Of a DNA stretch of 64,000 nt, positions 22,201-32,815 are shown one piece after another (the stretch's first letter is position 1; each line of letters opens with the position of its first letter). Source of the DNA: Carpediemonas membranifera BICM (lineage: Eukaryota > Protista > Fornicata). Position numbers and translations under genes: made by a program. Below the pieces are notes generated by a model. That model saw only the letters and a list, made by a program, of their open reading frames with translations. It had not been told where the DNA came from and ran no database searches. The DNA is taken from assembly GCA_019828565.1 (NCBI GenBank), contig JAHDYR010000012.1:992001-1056000 (forward strand). The letters are read 5' to 3'.

Positions 22201-22794
22201 GACCGAGAGCGTCCCGTTGGCCCTGAGCCGGTCGACCCGATCCCATGCCCTCTCGAACCCGGCCTTCAGCTCGCAGATCTTCCGCATCACATCTAGCTTC
22301 TGCTCTATACGCCTAATCTGGTCTGTGGCATGCTGTAGCTCAGCCAGTATCGTCGGGTCCTCCACAGGCTGGGCGACTTTGACGGCGTCCTCGGCATACG
22401 TCAGCTCGCTCATCAGCGTCAGAAGCCGGGCCGTGTACAGCTTGTACTCAGAGTGGAGGTCGCACGCAAGCTGCTGGACAGGCGTCAGGCCCGGGAGCCG
22501 GCTGAACTCGACCTTGAGGGGGATGATTTCGAGCTCGGAATACTGAACGCCGACAGTATCAAGCGGATTGATCTCTCTGTCACTGGTCTGCTTCTTTCGT
22601 TGCTTTGCTATCGTTAGGGAGATTGGGAGCTGCGCTGGAGGCACAGAGCGGCTACGGCGGACGCCGACCTCGTCAGCAAACGCAGGCTGCCAATCGGTGA
22701 GCTCTCCTGAAGTGTTCTTGCTCAATGCAGGTATTCTATACAATATGGGCTGCAGCCACGATGCCCTGTCTCCGTTCTCAACCTGCCCCCTCAT
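19201..22794 (-). CDS. CC2D2A: CC2D2A/MKS6 ciliary transition-zone protein
   Basis: N-terminal coiled coil, C2 domain (VRVNKASDLP..PFVRV..WNEEL), transglutaminase-like GDWEEHALLL, NMWANTQ, C-terminal FPNSVACVWVW. Confidence 0.88.
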   Translation of the reverse strand: MRGQVENGDRASWLQPILYRIPALSKNTSGELTDWQPAFADEVGVRRSRSVPPAQLPISLTIAKQRKKQTSDREINPLDTVGVQYSELEIIPLKVEFSRLPGLTPVQQLACDLHSEYKLYTARLLTLMSELTYAEDAVKVAQPVEDPTILAELQHATDQIRRIEQKLDVMRKICELKAGFERAWDRVDRLRANGTLSVSVYVTKTFDEDRVENFERRLLADIGVLQSRYVDILSHHTAGDDGEVGMLVRRVMAHLGLSVPSSGVVSNEDILAAVDETWRRDRFRSWALIFTSTDAPIASDGAVIPSLDNRRAGLRLFVNTEEVAVTPTRPVSWGHRGELPYAAWNDAVSLDVRSMPHVSVRLQLSTDHSVPFSKLVSRMTAYTSAPIPLMVPESNQTNTVEFSDAKVAGTLTYLVTWSGAPPTTLHPFVPTKAGPAPEDVDVLNPFNARRALTQADAVLKPAVQKRPRKGHHGAISVPATPRRDSVVETPATLAERVRQHALLQRYRKRRVPAIDTILTHQTPLDWASLRQQAMAWAGPRRPLFPVPRKREPARVPRSSALVVRVNKASDLPFRTGEGHVTPFVRVSTGMAEHMARTPTVVSVDRQAMWNEELRMECTAPPDGFTAEYCSALRSPIVISLFDELEIHDSSDTRLAETHVNLHYEPRFLGSVVVPAGMVVMNGCVSGTFELHVPTAFAGYGLQTVNKKLAVPKVELFVTFDPMLPFIEDNTAVGASKDSSELVEFAEKWADGLERRFPDRDFGPFNTDIEGFSVLACRYVAPLAPPPQLDSNIVDYVERLEMQAGDDNSARVVTTHPTEGQLKPRKDHNRLAHSGQAFYLASLVRYVSNVPFLEDASAFDGSVDLWLNAEQFMEVGAGDWEEHALLLQSYLLYVGRTAFIVQGHAIPEGDSSYVLLLDKDGGLSGAVLINACSGVIYDLTDEACPMVAVHTVFDHTNMWANTQDEARPWKLNWDLSSRRKWAPLFKSPEAAARLGFIPGSTVQPQSLSYELVDPRTRLTTTDLDGAARALEDEIQRAIMAEIAVWVSPNRTPVTAPGSALPYKNTLSLMESLKLRGELLNGVSFEKLVGTGRRKTEITRALASFFESVSRVCGAVVRSRVEAGETGFVLTLPWSDMESLLTAIKETCIHQVDPQTTAIRIVPYVRLFPNSVACVWVWTSSAPISGVDHATMLGRTGAW

Positions 22795-23122
22795 GCTCGT
22801 GGTAATATTTCACAAAAGTTTGGGCGACCCAGGCCTCTATCACGGTCGTTCGCCACTGTCGTACGTAATGCCCAGCTGCATTCAGTGAGACTCTGTGGGC
22901 TTGGTGTCGGTTTCGGCTGATATTGCCGGTACGATTTCATGGTTTCAACATCCAGAATTTGAAAGATGCCCAACCTTGTGCTTGTGGACGGCCACTGAGC
23001 TCAGCCATGCCCCTTCTCGCGGCCTGATTTTGCGATTCAAAATTCTTCATGCTGAACCTACACACGCTGAACCTACATTCAGGCAACAATTCAGCCTGGA
23101 GATCAAATAGCACAGAATATCA

Positions 23123-24406
23123 ATGGGACACTCACATAGTCACGATCATAGCCATGCTACTGTCTCTGATAAGCCCTGGTTCAAGGATCTTAACGTCTAC
23201 CGCTGCATGACGATGGTCGTCCTGACAGGGACCTTCATGCTGGCCGAGGTGATGGTAGGAGCCATCTGTGGCTCCCTTGCCCTCCTTGCCGACGGATTCC
23301 ACATGTTCTCCGACCTTTTCGCCCTCATCATCGGGCTTATCTCCATCGTCATTTCCAAGAAGACCCGCACACCAAAGTACACATTCGGGTTCTCCCGCAT
23401 GGACGTTGTTGGCGGCTTCTTTAACGCCATCATGGTTATCGCGCTCATTTTCTCCCTCGTCATCGAGTGCGTCGAGCGCGTCCTTGAGCCCAGCGCCATT
23501 GAGTATCCCTGGCTCATTCTCAGCGTCGCCGTGGCTGGCCTGCTGGTTAACATCCTCGGCCTCTTTATCTTCCACGACCACGGCCATTCACACGGCCATT
23601 CCCATGGCCACAAGCACGAGGAGGAGGAGCACGAGCACGAGCACGAGCCCCAGGAGATGGATGCTGCCGCGGCACCCCCGTCTGTCGAGCTGACTAAGGC
23701 GGAGAAGAAGCTCCTCAAGAAGCGTGCCAAGGGCGGCCACAGCCAAGCCGTGCGGGGGATGTTCCTGCACATCCTGGGCGACTTCCTCGGCTCTATCGCC
23801 GCTATTGTCTCTGGCCTGACGATGACGATCTTCAGTGGCGCCTGGTGGACGGTCTATGTCGATCTCACGCTGACCCTGCTGATCATCGCGATCCTGCTCA
23901 GGTCGGCAATTCCCATGCTGCTCAAGATGATGCGCATCCTCCTCCAGCGCGTCCCCGGTTTCGTCCAACTCGAGGCGCTTGAGGCAGAGCTCAAGGCGCT
24001 CGACTCCGTCCGCGCGTACCATGATCTTCACGTGTGGCAGCTTGCGGGCGAGAAGGTCGTGGGCACTGTTCACGTCATCCTGACCGGCGAGGAGCCCGAC
24101 ACCGACATCCCTGAGCGGGTGAAGGACATCAAGCGCATCTTCCACAAGCATGGCGTGCACGCGGTCACGATTCAGCCCGAGTTCATGCTTGACATAATCG
24201 ACAACAGTGACGCATACTGCCAGTTGACCCTCGACTGCCACTACCAGGCGGGTATGTGTTGTCCCGGCACGATGCGCCCCGTCCATATTGGGTCGGGCGA
24301 GTGCCACTGTAACAGTCCGTGCAAGTCGATGCAGCGGCCCCTTGTGCAGCAGGAGACCGAGGAGGACGACATGGAGGGCCTCGAGCCCGGTGACAATGCG
24401 GTCTAG
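23123..24406 (+). CDS. Cation diffusion facilitator zinc transporter (ZnT1/SLC30-like)
   Basis: SLALLADGFHMFSD, His-rich loop, FLHILGDFLGS, HDLHVWQL, TIQPEF. Confidence 0.93.
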   Translation: MGHSHSHDHSHATVSDKPWFKDLNVYRCMTMVVLTGTFMLAEVMVGAICGSLALLADGFHMFSDLFALIIGLISIVISKKTRTPKYTFGFSRMDVVGGFFNAIMVIALIFSLVIECVERVLEPSAIEYPWLILSVAVAGLLVNILGLFIFHDHGHSHGHSHGHKHEEEEHEHEHEPQEMDAAAAPPSVELTKAEKKLLKKRAKGGHSQAVRGMFLHILGDFLGSIAAIVSGLTMTIFSGAWWTVYVDLTLTLLIIAILLRSAIPMLLKMMRILLQRVPGFVQLEALEAELKALDSVRAYHDLHVWQLAGEKVVGTVHVILTGEEPDTDIPERVKDIKRIFHKHGVHAVTIQPEFMLDIIDNSDAYCQLTLDCHYQAGMCCPGTMRPVHIGSGECHCNSPCKSMQRPLVQQETEEDDMEGLEPGDNAV

Positions 24407-24434
24407 ATATAAAACGGATTATTGAATACGATCT

Positions 24435-27125
24435 TTACACGGCGATGCGGCCGATCTTCTCGCCGAGGCAGACGGCGAGTCCCTGCACCTTCGTACGGAC
24501 CCGAACGACGCCCTCCATCTTGTTGGTAACGTCGTTCCGCTGACACGAGACGTTAAGAAGGGCCTGCTCGTTGAAGACGGAGACGGCGTAGAGGTTTGCA
24601 CAACCGATGGCGTCACTGTAAAGGCTGCTGCGGTTGAGCACGCGTGTGTTCGTCTCCTTGGCGATGCGCTTGATGACGTCCGCGGCGGTGGGGGCCACCA
24701 TGCAGATGTTAATCCTGTTCTCCCACTCGAACGACTGCCACATCGACTTGAAGGCCGACGAGTCGACGTCCGTGGGGGTCAGGAACGAGCTCACGTCCAG
24801 CTGGATGCACGTGGTCGTGTTGACCACGGGCTTGCGACTGGTGTAGCTGATGGCGCCGAACACGACGCCCGCCTCCGTCGCCGTGGCCCGCAGGGACCGC
24901 CGGATCATGGTCGCCTCGTGCGGCCCGAGGGTGGCCGAGATGATGCGGTCGGCGCACCTGATGCCGTTGGTCGGCGTGAGCTCGAGCGTGACGTCCTGCA
25001 CCGTCTCGGACGATCTGTTGAGGAGGACGACCTCGAGTATGACGGTGTACCCCCGGACGGTGACGAACACCTCGGTGTAAATCCGCTCGGACTGGCCCGT
25101 CAGCTGGCGCACGGTGAGGAGCTTGTTCAGATCCATGTCCAGCCCGTCGTCCGTCACATCCGGCGGGATCACTACACCGCCGCCGTTCAGCAGCCGGAAG
25201 GCCGGCGCGGCGTGGGCAGGTACGTGCTCGACCTCGGCCGCTGCGTCGTTGCCCGAGGCCGCGATGAACTCCGTGAACGACTCTGCCGTCGAGTCGAGCA
25301 GCACGCGGGACTGCGCCTCGTTGGGCCTGAGCACGGCGGACAGGGCAATCATCATCTGTCTGCGGGTGTCCTCGCTGTTGGCGGCGGTGTCCTTGATCAT
25401 ACCCGCCATGAGCTTCACCACGCGCACCCTGAGCACCCGGAGCCCCTCGGCGTCGGCGGGCGTGAGGTCCCGTACGGCCAGCAGGTACAGCTTGGCCATG
25501 CAGATCGACACGCTGATGCAGATGAACGCGTTCTTCTTGCTGGTGATGATTGTGCGGATGGCGCTGGGGGCCGCGGTCGTCCGCTGCCGGGTGACGTATT
25601 GCCCTGTGGCGGGGTCCACCACGGTTACTGTGTTGGGCTGGTCCGCGGCGTCGTCCGTCGCGGTGAACACGTCGACCATCTGCCTGAGTGTGTTCTGGGG
25701 TTGGTCGGTGCACGACACGATGAGATATGCCAGCACGCGGAGGACACGGGGCACAGTCACCTTGCCGAGGATGCCGAACAGCCGAGGCACGAGGTCTGCC
25801 TGGGCGGGACGGGTCAGCATGGGGACGTACGTGCGAAGGGTCTCGACGGCGTGCACGGCGACGGCCTTCATGCGGGAGCCAGTCGAGAGGTGCATCAGGA
25901 GGTCGATCGACGTCGGGTGCGCCCTCAGGAGCGGCGTGCGGGTGGCGGCGGCGATGAACGTGTCGAGCAGCGTCGAGATGTACCGCTCGCCGTCCTCGCC
26001 GGGCTTGTCGCTGAGGACGGCGTCCACCTCTGTCCTGAGCGCCACAAGGGTCTCGCCCGCCGTACCCTCGTCTACGATGGCGAACACTAAGACGAAGAGA
26101 CGCTCGCGGACGCGCTGGGAGACGACGCCCTGGGCGAAGAGGGGCATGAACTCCCGTACGGATAGACCCACGGAGTAGCCGCTCTGCAGCAGCGCCTCGA
26201 TGCGGGACAGCGCTGTAACACGGATCAGGTCGCTCGCCCCGCGGTGGGTGAGCACCTGCAGGAGGGCGTTGGCAGCCTGTCGGAGCCAGCCTGTCGTCTG
26301 GCACAGGTCGCAGATGACCTGGGCAATCTCGAAGAGCATGAAGATGCTCGGCTTCTTGTCGGACGCGATGGCGCGGAGGACGGGGAGGACGGTGTGCTCG
26401 CGCTGCTCCGCGGTGGTCTGTTCGTGATTGAAGGCCGTCCGGAGCAGCTTCAGCCGGGCCATTTGGATCGAGTCATCGCCGTGGGCCCAGAGGTGGGCGT
26501 ACTCCTTGGACGTCACCACGGCCAGGGCCAGCTCGGGGAGGCACTCGTTGACGAAATGGAGGGCGCGGTGAACGACGGGGACGGCCGAGTCGTTCTTCAG
26601 GATGCCGTCCATGCACGCGGCCGCCTCCTCGCGGGAGATCAGCGTCTCATCGTTGGGGAAGCGACGGTAGATGGAGTGCATGGCGATGATGGCGCTTTCG
26701 CGGACGTGGGCCTCGGGGCGCTCCTCGTAGCGGAGGGACCGCTTGACATCACCGTACAGGTGCTCCAGGACGTCACGGGCCGGGATGTGGGCGATGGAGC
26801 GGAGTGTAGCGGCTGCGAAGAACTCGTTCTTGCTGCCGATGTCTGCCTGGATCTTGGAGACGATGAGGAGGTAGTCGGCGTACTCCCAGTTCAGGAAAGG
26901 GTAAAGAATCGACATCATCAGCTTCAGGTTCTTGTCGTTGGTGGCATATACGTTCACAGCGACAGAAAGCATGTATTCGTCGGGAATCTCGTGGTTTTCT
27001 AGGAGCATCGCCTGTATCTTACGAAGAGCAACCTTCATGTCATCGGGGTTGTGCTTATCGAAGATAGGCTTGAGATTCTGCAAGGAATCAGAGGCTATAT
27101 GCGTTGTATCGATGCTGATTGTCAT
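24435..27125 (-). CDS. COPB1: Coatomer subunit beta
   Basis: Adaptin N-terminal solenoid. Appendage motifs QLTGQSERIYTE, FKSMWQSFEWENRI, ANLYAVSVFNEQALLNVS, VRVRTKVQGLAVCLGEKI. Confidence 0.92.
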   Translation of the reverse strand: MTISIDTTHIASDSLQNLKPIFDKHNPDDMKVALRKIQAMLLENHEIPDEYMLSVAVNVYATNDKNLKLMMSILYPFLNWEYADYLLIVSKIQADIGSKNEFFAAATLRSIAHIPARDVLEHLYGDVKRSLRYEERPEAHVRESAIIAMHSIYRRFPNDETLISREEAAACMDGILKNDSAVPVVHRALHFVNECLPELALAVVTSKEYAHLWAHGDDSIQMARLKLLRTAFNHEQTTAEQREHTVLPVLRAIASDKKPSIFMLFEIAQVICDLCQTTGWLRQAANALLQVLTHRGASDLIRVTALSRIEALLQSGYSVGLSVREFMPLFAQGVVSQRVRERLFVLVFAIVDEGTAGETLVALRTEVDAVLSDKPGEDGERYISTLLDTFIAAATRTPLLRAHPTSIDLLMHLSTGSRMKAVAVHAVETLRTYVPMLTRPAQADLVPRLFGILGKVTVPRVLRVLAYLIVSCTDQPQNTLRQMVDVFTATDDAADQPNTVTVVDPATGQYVTRQRTTAAPSAIRTIITSKKNAFICISVSICMAKLYLLAVRDLTPADAEGLRVLRVRVVKLMAGMIKDTAANSEDTRRQMMIALSAVLRPNEAQSRVLLDSTAESFTEFIAASGNDAAAEVEHVPAHAAPAFRLLNGGGVVIPPDVTDDGLDMDLNKLLTVRQLTGQSERIYTEVFVTVRGYTVILEVVLLNRSSETVQDVTLELTPTNGIRCADRIISATLGPHEATMIRRSLRATATEAGVVFGAISYTSRKPVVNTTTCIQLDVSSFLTPTDVDSSAFKSMWQSFEWENRINICMVAPTAADVIKRIAKETNTRVLNRSSLYSDAIGCANLYAVSVFNEQALLNVSCQRNDVTNKMEGVVRVRTKVQGLAVCLGEKIGRIAV

Positions 27126-27200
27126 TATACGCCGCTAATGTCGTGTTGAACATTTTTTCATGCAAAAGAGTAAAGAACCTTGCACCGGTGTTTACACAGC

Positions 27201-29580
27201 TCACATGTCGACATCGCTCTTGTCGAATGTACGGACGCGCTCGTCGAACTCCGCGAAGAACTCATCGAGGGTCAGGAGGTCGCCCTTGCTCGCCTTCTTG
27301 GCACCGCGGCGGCGAACCATGAAGCTGATCTTCCCGGACTCCGCGTAGTCCTTGAGCTCGTCGTAGCCATAGACGAGGACGTAGTTGAAGCGGTCCTTGG
27401 CGACGGCGCGGAGCCTGCCCATGAGGGGGTTGACGGACTCGTCGACTGAGTACATCACGCGGTGGCGCAGCATCGTCTCCTTCAGGCTCGCGGTGGCGGC
27501 CTCGACGACGGCCTGGCGCCTGTCGGTCTCCATGCGGCGGACCTCGGCGCGGTCCTCGGCGGAGAGGTCGGCGATGGTCTTACCGGCGTACTTGAAGCCG
27601 TCGACCTTGGAGAGCTCGACGAGGGCGGCGGAGATGTCCTCGTCGGAATCACCGTAGACGGCGGGGCAGGGCAACATGACGACCTGGCGGGGAGAGAGCC
27701 ACAGCGGCCAGGCGCCCTTGTACTTCTCGATGAGCATCGACATCATCCGCTCGATCGACCCGCAGATGGCGCGGTGGATCATGACGGGGCGGGCCTCGCC
27801 CTCGCGGAGCCCATCGGCCTTGTTCTCCATGTCCTCGCGCTTCTTGGTGCCAAGCTCGGGCGTCTTGTAGCGGAGGTCGAACCGCTCGGGCAGCTGGAAG
27901 TCGAGCTGCACAGTGGCGCACTGCACCTCCCGGTCGAGCACGTCGATCGTCTTGATGTCGATCTTGGGGCCGTAGAAGGCACCATCCCCCTCCGCGATCT
28001 TGTAGTTGCCCTTGCCGCACGCCTTGTCGAGGGCGGCGCGGAGCTTCGTCTCGGCCATCTCCCAGGTCTCGACCGACCCCATGGCCTTGGCGGGGCGGGT
28101 AGAGAAGTGGAACTGGTACGGGATGCCGAAGACGTCGTCATAGAGGTAGCGGACGAAGGAGAGCACCCGGAAGATCTCGTCCTCGATCTGGTCGGGCGTG
28201 CAGTAGATGTGGCCATCGTCCTGGTGGAACATGCGGACCCGGGACAGCCCGGACAGTGCGCCGGACGCCTCGTTGCGGTGGAGGGTGCCGAAGTCAGCAA
28301 ACCGCAGGGGCAGCTGGCGGTAGGACCGGGACTCGTGCCTGAACATGAGGCAGTGGGCGGGGCTGTGTGAGGGTGGGGGTGGGGACAAACCAGTTCATGG
28401 GCTTCAGGGCGAACTGCGTCTGGTCGACGTCGAGGGAGAACATGTCCTCCTGGTAGTGCGCCCAGTGGCCGCTCGTCTTCCAGAGGTCGACGTTGTACAT
28501 GAGCGGCGTCTTCACGATGTCGTAGCCGCGCAGGAAGCACTCGCTCTTCATGAGCTCCTCCATCTTGTTGTAGATATGGGCGCCGAGCTTGGTGAAGAAC
28601 GCGGAGCCGGGGGAGTACTCGTGGAAGAAGAAGAGGCCCTGCGTGCGGCCGATCAGGCGGTGGTCGTTCTTCTCGGCGTCGGCCTTCTTTTTGAGCCAGG
28701 CCTTGAGGTCCTTCTCGGTCGGCTTGGTCATCCCGTAGACGCGTTGGAGGGAGACGTTCTTCTGGTCGCCCTTGAAGTAGGCCTGGGAGGCGGACTCGAT
28801 GTGGAAGGCGCCGATGAGGTTGGTGTTGGGGAGGTGGGGACCGCGGCAGAAGTCGACGAAGTCGCCGCACTTGTAGATCGAGCACGTCTCGCCCTCGGCC
28901 ACCTTCTCGCTGATGAGCTCGCACTTCAGGTTGTTCTCCTTGAACAGCTCAAGGGCACGGATCTTGGGGACGTCCAGGCGCTCGAAGGCGTGGCCGACGT
29001 TGCCGCGCTTCTCGACGGGGTTCTGGGCAAACTTGAGGCAAGCGTCAGCGATCGACTGGAGGGACTCCTCGGAGGAGGACACCGTCTTGCCCTCGATGCG
29101 GGCGTCGTAGAAGAAGCCAGCCTGCATGTGCTTGGACTTCTCGAGGGCGGGACCGTGGGTGAGCTTGGCCTCGTACATCGTCTCCATGACGGAGCCCAGC
29201 ACGTGGGCTGAGGAGTGCAGGAACACCTCGAGGCCCTCATCGGACTCGAGGGTCAGGTATTCAATGCGGCAGTTCTCGGCGATGGGGAGGCCGGCGTCGC
29301 GGACAAAAGGAGTGGCAGTGACATCACGAATGGCGGCAACGTTGTAGTTCTTCGTCTTCTTATCACGGATGATTTTGGGGGAGATCTGAGTGAACAGCTT
29401 CTGCTTGTTGCCCTCGGGGCCTACTTCCTGGTTGAGAAGATCAATGAAGGACAGCTTGCTGCTGACCTTGAGAGTGAATTCCTCCTCACCAGAGACTACC
29501 ACACATTCTACTTCCTTATCGGCAACTTCACGACCAAACTCCTTCTGGAGATCAGCCCAAACCGCGGCACGGATGCTCAT
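27201..29580 (-). CDS. TARS: Threonyl-tRNA synthetase, 2 exons (intron 28363-28390)
   Basis: HSSAHVLG, DFCRGPHLP, SGHWAHY, HRNEASGALSGL, GAFYGPKID, HRAICGSIER. A 28-nt GTTTGT...TCACACAG intron restores KPMNCPAHC. Confidence 0.96.
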
Positions 29581-29840
29581 GCTTCTGTTCTGTTGCAGAA
29601 AAAACTTTTCGCAAGCACCCTAGTTGCACCAGATGCAGCAGGTTGCAGCCTTGTAGCGCCGTTTGGGCGAGTGGGAGGACATATTTGACACCATATACCA
29701 CTTTTAGTCATTTTGACCCAAGCTCACCTCACTATCTGAATCATCTCATTGCCACATCAGCACCTGATGAACCGAGAACGTCCAACAGGACGGTAAATGA
29801 GTGATTTATGAACGATTCCTACTAGTAAACATAATAAGCG

Positions 29841-31079
29841 CTAAAAGGAGTACCCCTCCGTGGCCAGACTTTTGCCCCGCCCGTAGTCATAAGCATCTAC
29901 TCCAAGGCTGCTGAGCACTGAGTCGCCCAGCTCGCTCGTCCGGCTCTCAGCGCTGCTCTCGATGCCCTCAGCCGCGGCGATCTTCGGTGTCTGGTGGACG
30001 TTGATCGACACGAGCTTCTCCATGACGCCGAGGGAGTCGGGACTGCCCCTCGTATCCCGGGGCACGCCAGAGACCACAGGCCGGGCGGAGAGGGGCGTGT
30101 TGGCGGCCATGAACGGCTCGACACGGTCCCGGTCGAACGCCGTGCCCTCCACGGAGTCTGCCAGCATGCGGCGTACCTTGGCCGCGGCCCGGTCAAACTG
30201 GCGGCACACGACGCGGAACTTCTGGAGCAGGGCGTCGCACTGGACACGGTGCTCCTCCCTTTGGGCGAGTAGGGTCTCCCGGCGCACAGCCACCATCTGA
30301 TGCAGCTGGGCGGTGATCTCCTCGTTCAGCGCGAGCAGCAAGGCCATCCTTGATGCGAAGGAGGAGATGTTCTCACTGGGCACCGACAAGTCCTGCATGA
30401 GGAGCAGGAAGGCGTGCAGCTGGGCGAACTTGATGTTCGACTCCAGTACCGACATCGAGACCTGAGAGCTCTCGTCCATCTCTGCCCATCTGTCGCCGGG
30501 ACTGGGGACGTGGTTCAGCTCGGTCGACAGCGAGTCGAAGAAAGTTTCCGTCCAGAACCGCATCGACGCCCAGATACGGTGGTTCTGGAGGACGGCGCTG
30601 AGGTATATCCGGCCGTCCCTGTCCTCTGTGTAGTACGTCGCGGCCATGTTCATGAGGACCTTGCCGTCCTTGAAGGACGTCAGCGTGCCCTCCTGCGACT
30701 CGATCGCGTCAAAGCAGATGCTCATCAGATATCCAAGCTGGAGAAACCCCTGCGTCTCGTAGCACAGTGGGTTATCCGGTCGGGCCCTGTTCTGGTTCAG
30801 GGCGAAGGCGAATGTCTCCCGGCCGCTTTGGGCGAGGAAAATCTGCTTTGCCGCTACAATCTCACGTGGATGGTATACTATCCCATCTGGGCGGTGGATC
30901 TTTCTGATTAACTTGCTAAAGAACTGGAAGAGGCTGTCAGAATCTGTCCCGCTTGGCACGATGAAGGTTGTGTCTTGGTCTAGCTCGTATTGCACTTGAA
31001 AAACCTCGAGTGTACTTCCTTGAGGTTCGATGAACGCGTTTGACTGCGCTAATTCGACAGCATCCACGGCCATCGACAT
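29841..31079 (-). CDS. SBF2/DENN-associated domain protein
   Basis: SGRETFAFALNQNR, LMNMAATYY, LQNHRIWASMRFWTETFFDSL resemble the SBF1/SBF2 helical domain. Confidence 0.65.
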   Translation of the reverse strand: MSMAVDAVELAQSNAFIEPQGSTLEVFQVQYELDQDTTFIVPSGTDSDSLFQFFSKLIRKIHRPDGIVYHPREIVAAKQIFLAQSGRETFAFALNQNRARPDNPLCYETQGFLQLGYLMSICFDAIESQEGTLTSFKDGKVLMNMAATYYTEDRDGRIYLSAVLQNHRIWASMRFWTETFFDSLSTELNHVPSPGDRWAEMDESSQVSMSVLESNIKFAQLHAFLLLMQDLSVPSENISSFASRMALLLALNEEITAQLHQMVAVRRETLLAQREEHRVQCDALLQKFRVVCRQFDRAAAKVRRMLADSVEGTAFDRDRVEPFMAANTPLSARPVVSGVPRDTRGSPDSLGVMEKLVSINVHQTPKIAAAEGIESSAESRTSELGDSVLSSLGVDAYDYGRGKSLATEGYSF

Positions 31080-31355
31080 TTCTTCGTCGGATGAGCGAAT
31101 CACTCAAACCCGATATTGACGGGTTATCGAAGGAATCAGTCGAGGCATGAGCAACTGCCATATGGCCCGGCACAGTGTTGTGACGACATCACCATGCATA
31201 TTCATACTCGGTCATGGGGTCAAGATTGGTCTGCGGACACATCGAATGTCCGATGTTGGAATTCAGCAGCACAGCAGCAAGGTCAGACACGCAACTGGTG
31301 TGCGGAAGCTCGTGGAGTCACCAGCAAGCACTTCCTAAAAGTGCACTCGGAGGAA

Positions 31356-32624
31356 ATGGCCCAGTTTCGCGAGGTTTCTCTCCCTTGCGAGATTTACAAG
31401 CTAGATGCCAGTGGAAACGGCTGGGATCGTATTTCGCCCGGATTCTCTGAGCAGTCGATCGACTTTTGCCTGGAGAACAACATTGCGGGCCTTGTGTCGC
31501 TCCAGCTTTCGCCAGCGAAGGCTGGTGACACGAGCTCTCAGATTGTTCTGCCCCTTCCCATGCTTGCAACAATTGGCTGCGAGTATGCTCGCTCCGTGAC
31601 AGGCGGCGAGTGCTCAAACGTCCTGAACCTCCTGGTCACCGAGTACGGAACACAGATGTCCTACAGCCTCAAATTTCAGTCAAAGCCCGACTGTGCATCA
31701 GCTAGGGATGCGATTTTCAGCTATGTGACGAGCAGCACTCTCCAGGACAGCCGGCCGCAGCCCACGACCATGGGCGGGTCGCTGCCCAGCTTCAACGACG
31801 GACAGAGCAGCACCGCAACGCCTGCATCGTTGCAGGTGACGGCTAAGCCGTCGAGGGCCCCACCCAGACCGGGCACCGTGACCCAGCCGACGAAGGTCGT
31901 CCAGGACTGGCCGAGCCACCCCGAGTTCACACCCCCGCCTGACACCCCCGCCTCGCATGCAGCCCTCACTCCCACACCGCCACACCACTCACCTTCCTTC
32001 TCGCCTGCCCGGCGGCCGCTGCAGTCGTCGACCCATACTGCCCAGGGGAGCGTCGACTTCGAATACTCCCACACACAGACCCACGACCCGCCCGCTCGCA
32101 CGGGGAGGATGGCGTTCGACTCGTCTGCGTATCGGCGGCCCGACCCAGCGGCGGGTGCGACCGAGAAGCTTCGGCAGGAGCTGTACGACTACAAGGTCAG
32201 GGCCCGGCAGTTTAAGGCCAAGAAGCTCGAGCTCACCAGGCGGGCACTCAGCCTGTTCGCGGACCCAGCGGGGCATGGTGCCCTAGAGCACGCGTTCAAC
32301 TCGTATAAGCGGGACTTTGAGCGGTATCGCGAGGCCAAGGCCGAGTACGACGCCAGGCTCGATGAAACCATCGCCGTCGAGCGTAGCATTCTGACCCGGG
32401 GCCCGGTCGGATCTGACGAGCGGGCATGGCACGATGACTGGCGCGCCTATGTGTCCTGGGCCGAGCAGCTCAACGCGGCACGGCGGGCGGGCGAGCGGGG
32501 CCAGTCGGCGGCGTATGTGCAGGATAAGGGAGTCCGTGCACAGGCCGAGATGGTGCAGGCAATGGGGCTGGAGGGCGCCATGGCCGTCATGCGGCTGGTC
32601 GCCCGGGAGGTCCGGAGCAGGTAG
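31356..32624 (+). CDS. Hypothetical protein: EVH1/PH-like N-terminus, Pro/Ser-rich linker, helical C-terminus
   Basis: CEIYKLDASGNGWDRI...YSLKFQSKPDCASARDAI resembles an EVH1 fold. Codon bias supports coding; AGTAAA follows the stop. Confidence 0.65.
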   Translation: MAQFREVSLPCEIYKLDASGNGWDRISPGFSEQSIDFCLENNIAGLVSLQLSPAKAGDTSSQIVLPLPMLATIGCEYARSVTGGECSNVLNLLVTEYGTQMSYSLKFQSKPDCASARDAIFSYVTSSTLQDSRPQPTTMGGSLPSFNDGQSSTATPASLQVTAKPSRAPPRPGTVTQPTKVVQDWPSHPEFTPPPDTPASHAALTPTPPHHSPSFSPARRPLQSSTHTAQGSVDFEYSHTQTHDPPARTGRMAFDSSAYRRPDPAAGATEKLRQELYDYKVRARQFKAKKLELTRRALSLFADPAGHGALEHAFNSYKRDFERYREAKAEYDARLDETIAVERSILTRGPVGSDERAWHDDWRAYVSWAEQLNAARRAGERGQSAAYVQDKGVRAQAEMVQAMGLEGAMAVMRLVAREVRSR

Positions 32625-32709
32625 CCAGCCATTGTACAGTAAAAACGCAAGCTTCACAGCCTTTTTAGACGTACACGCGTCACTGCAGACGGTCCGTAGA
32701 TGTGGAAAC

Positions 32710-32744
32710 TGAAGTATCATAGAGTGCACAGTGCAAGCAGTAAA
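32710..32744 (-). repeat. Stand-alone copy of the direct repeat of Fanzor element 2
   Basis: Reverse complement TTTACTGCTTGCACTGTGCACTCTATGATACTTCA is 35/35 identical to 49344-49378 and 32/32 to 51553-51584. Confidence 0.95.
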
Positions 32745-32815
32745 GTATCCGAGTTCCCACTTGTTGTTTCCAGACTTCAGAAACCATTTGCGCAGTTTAC
32801 GCCATTTCTTCGGGA

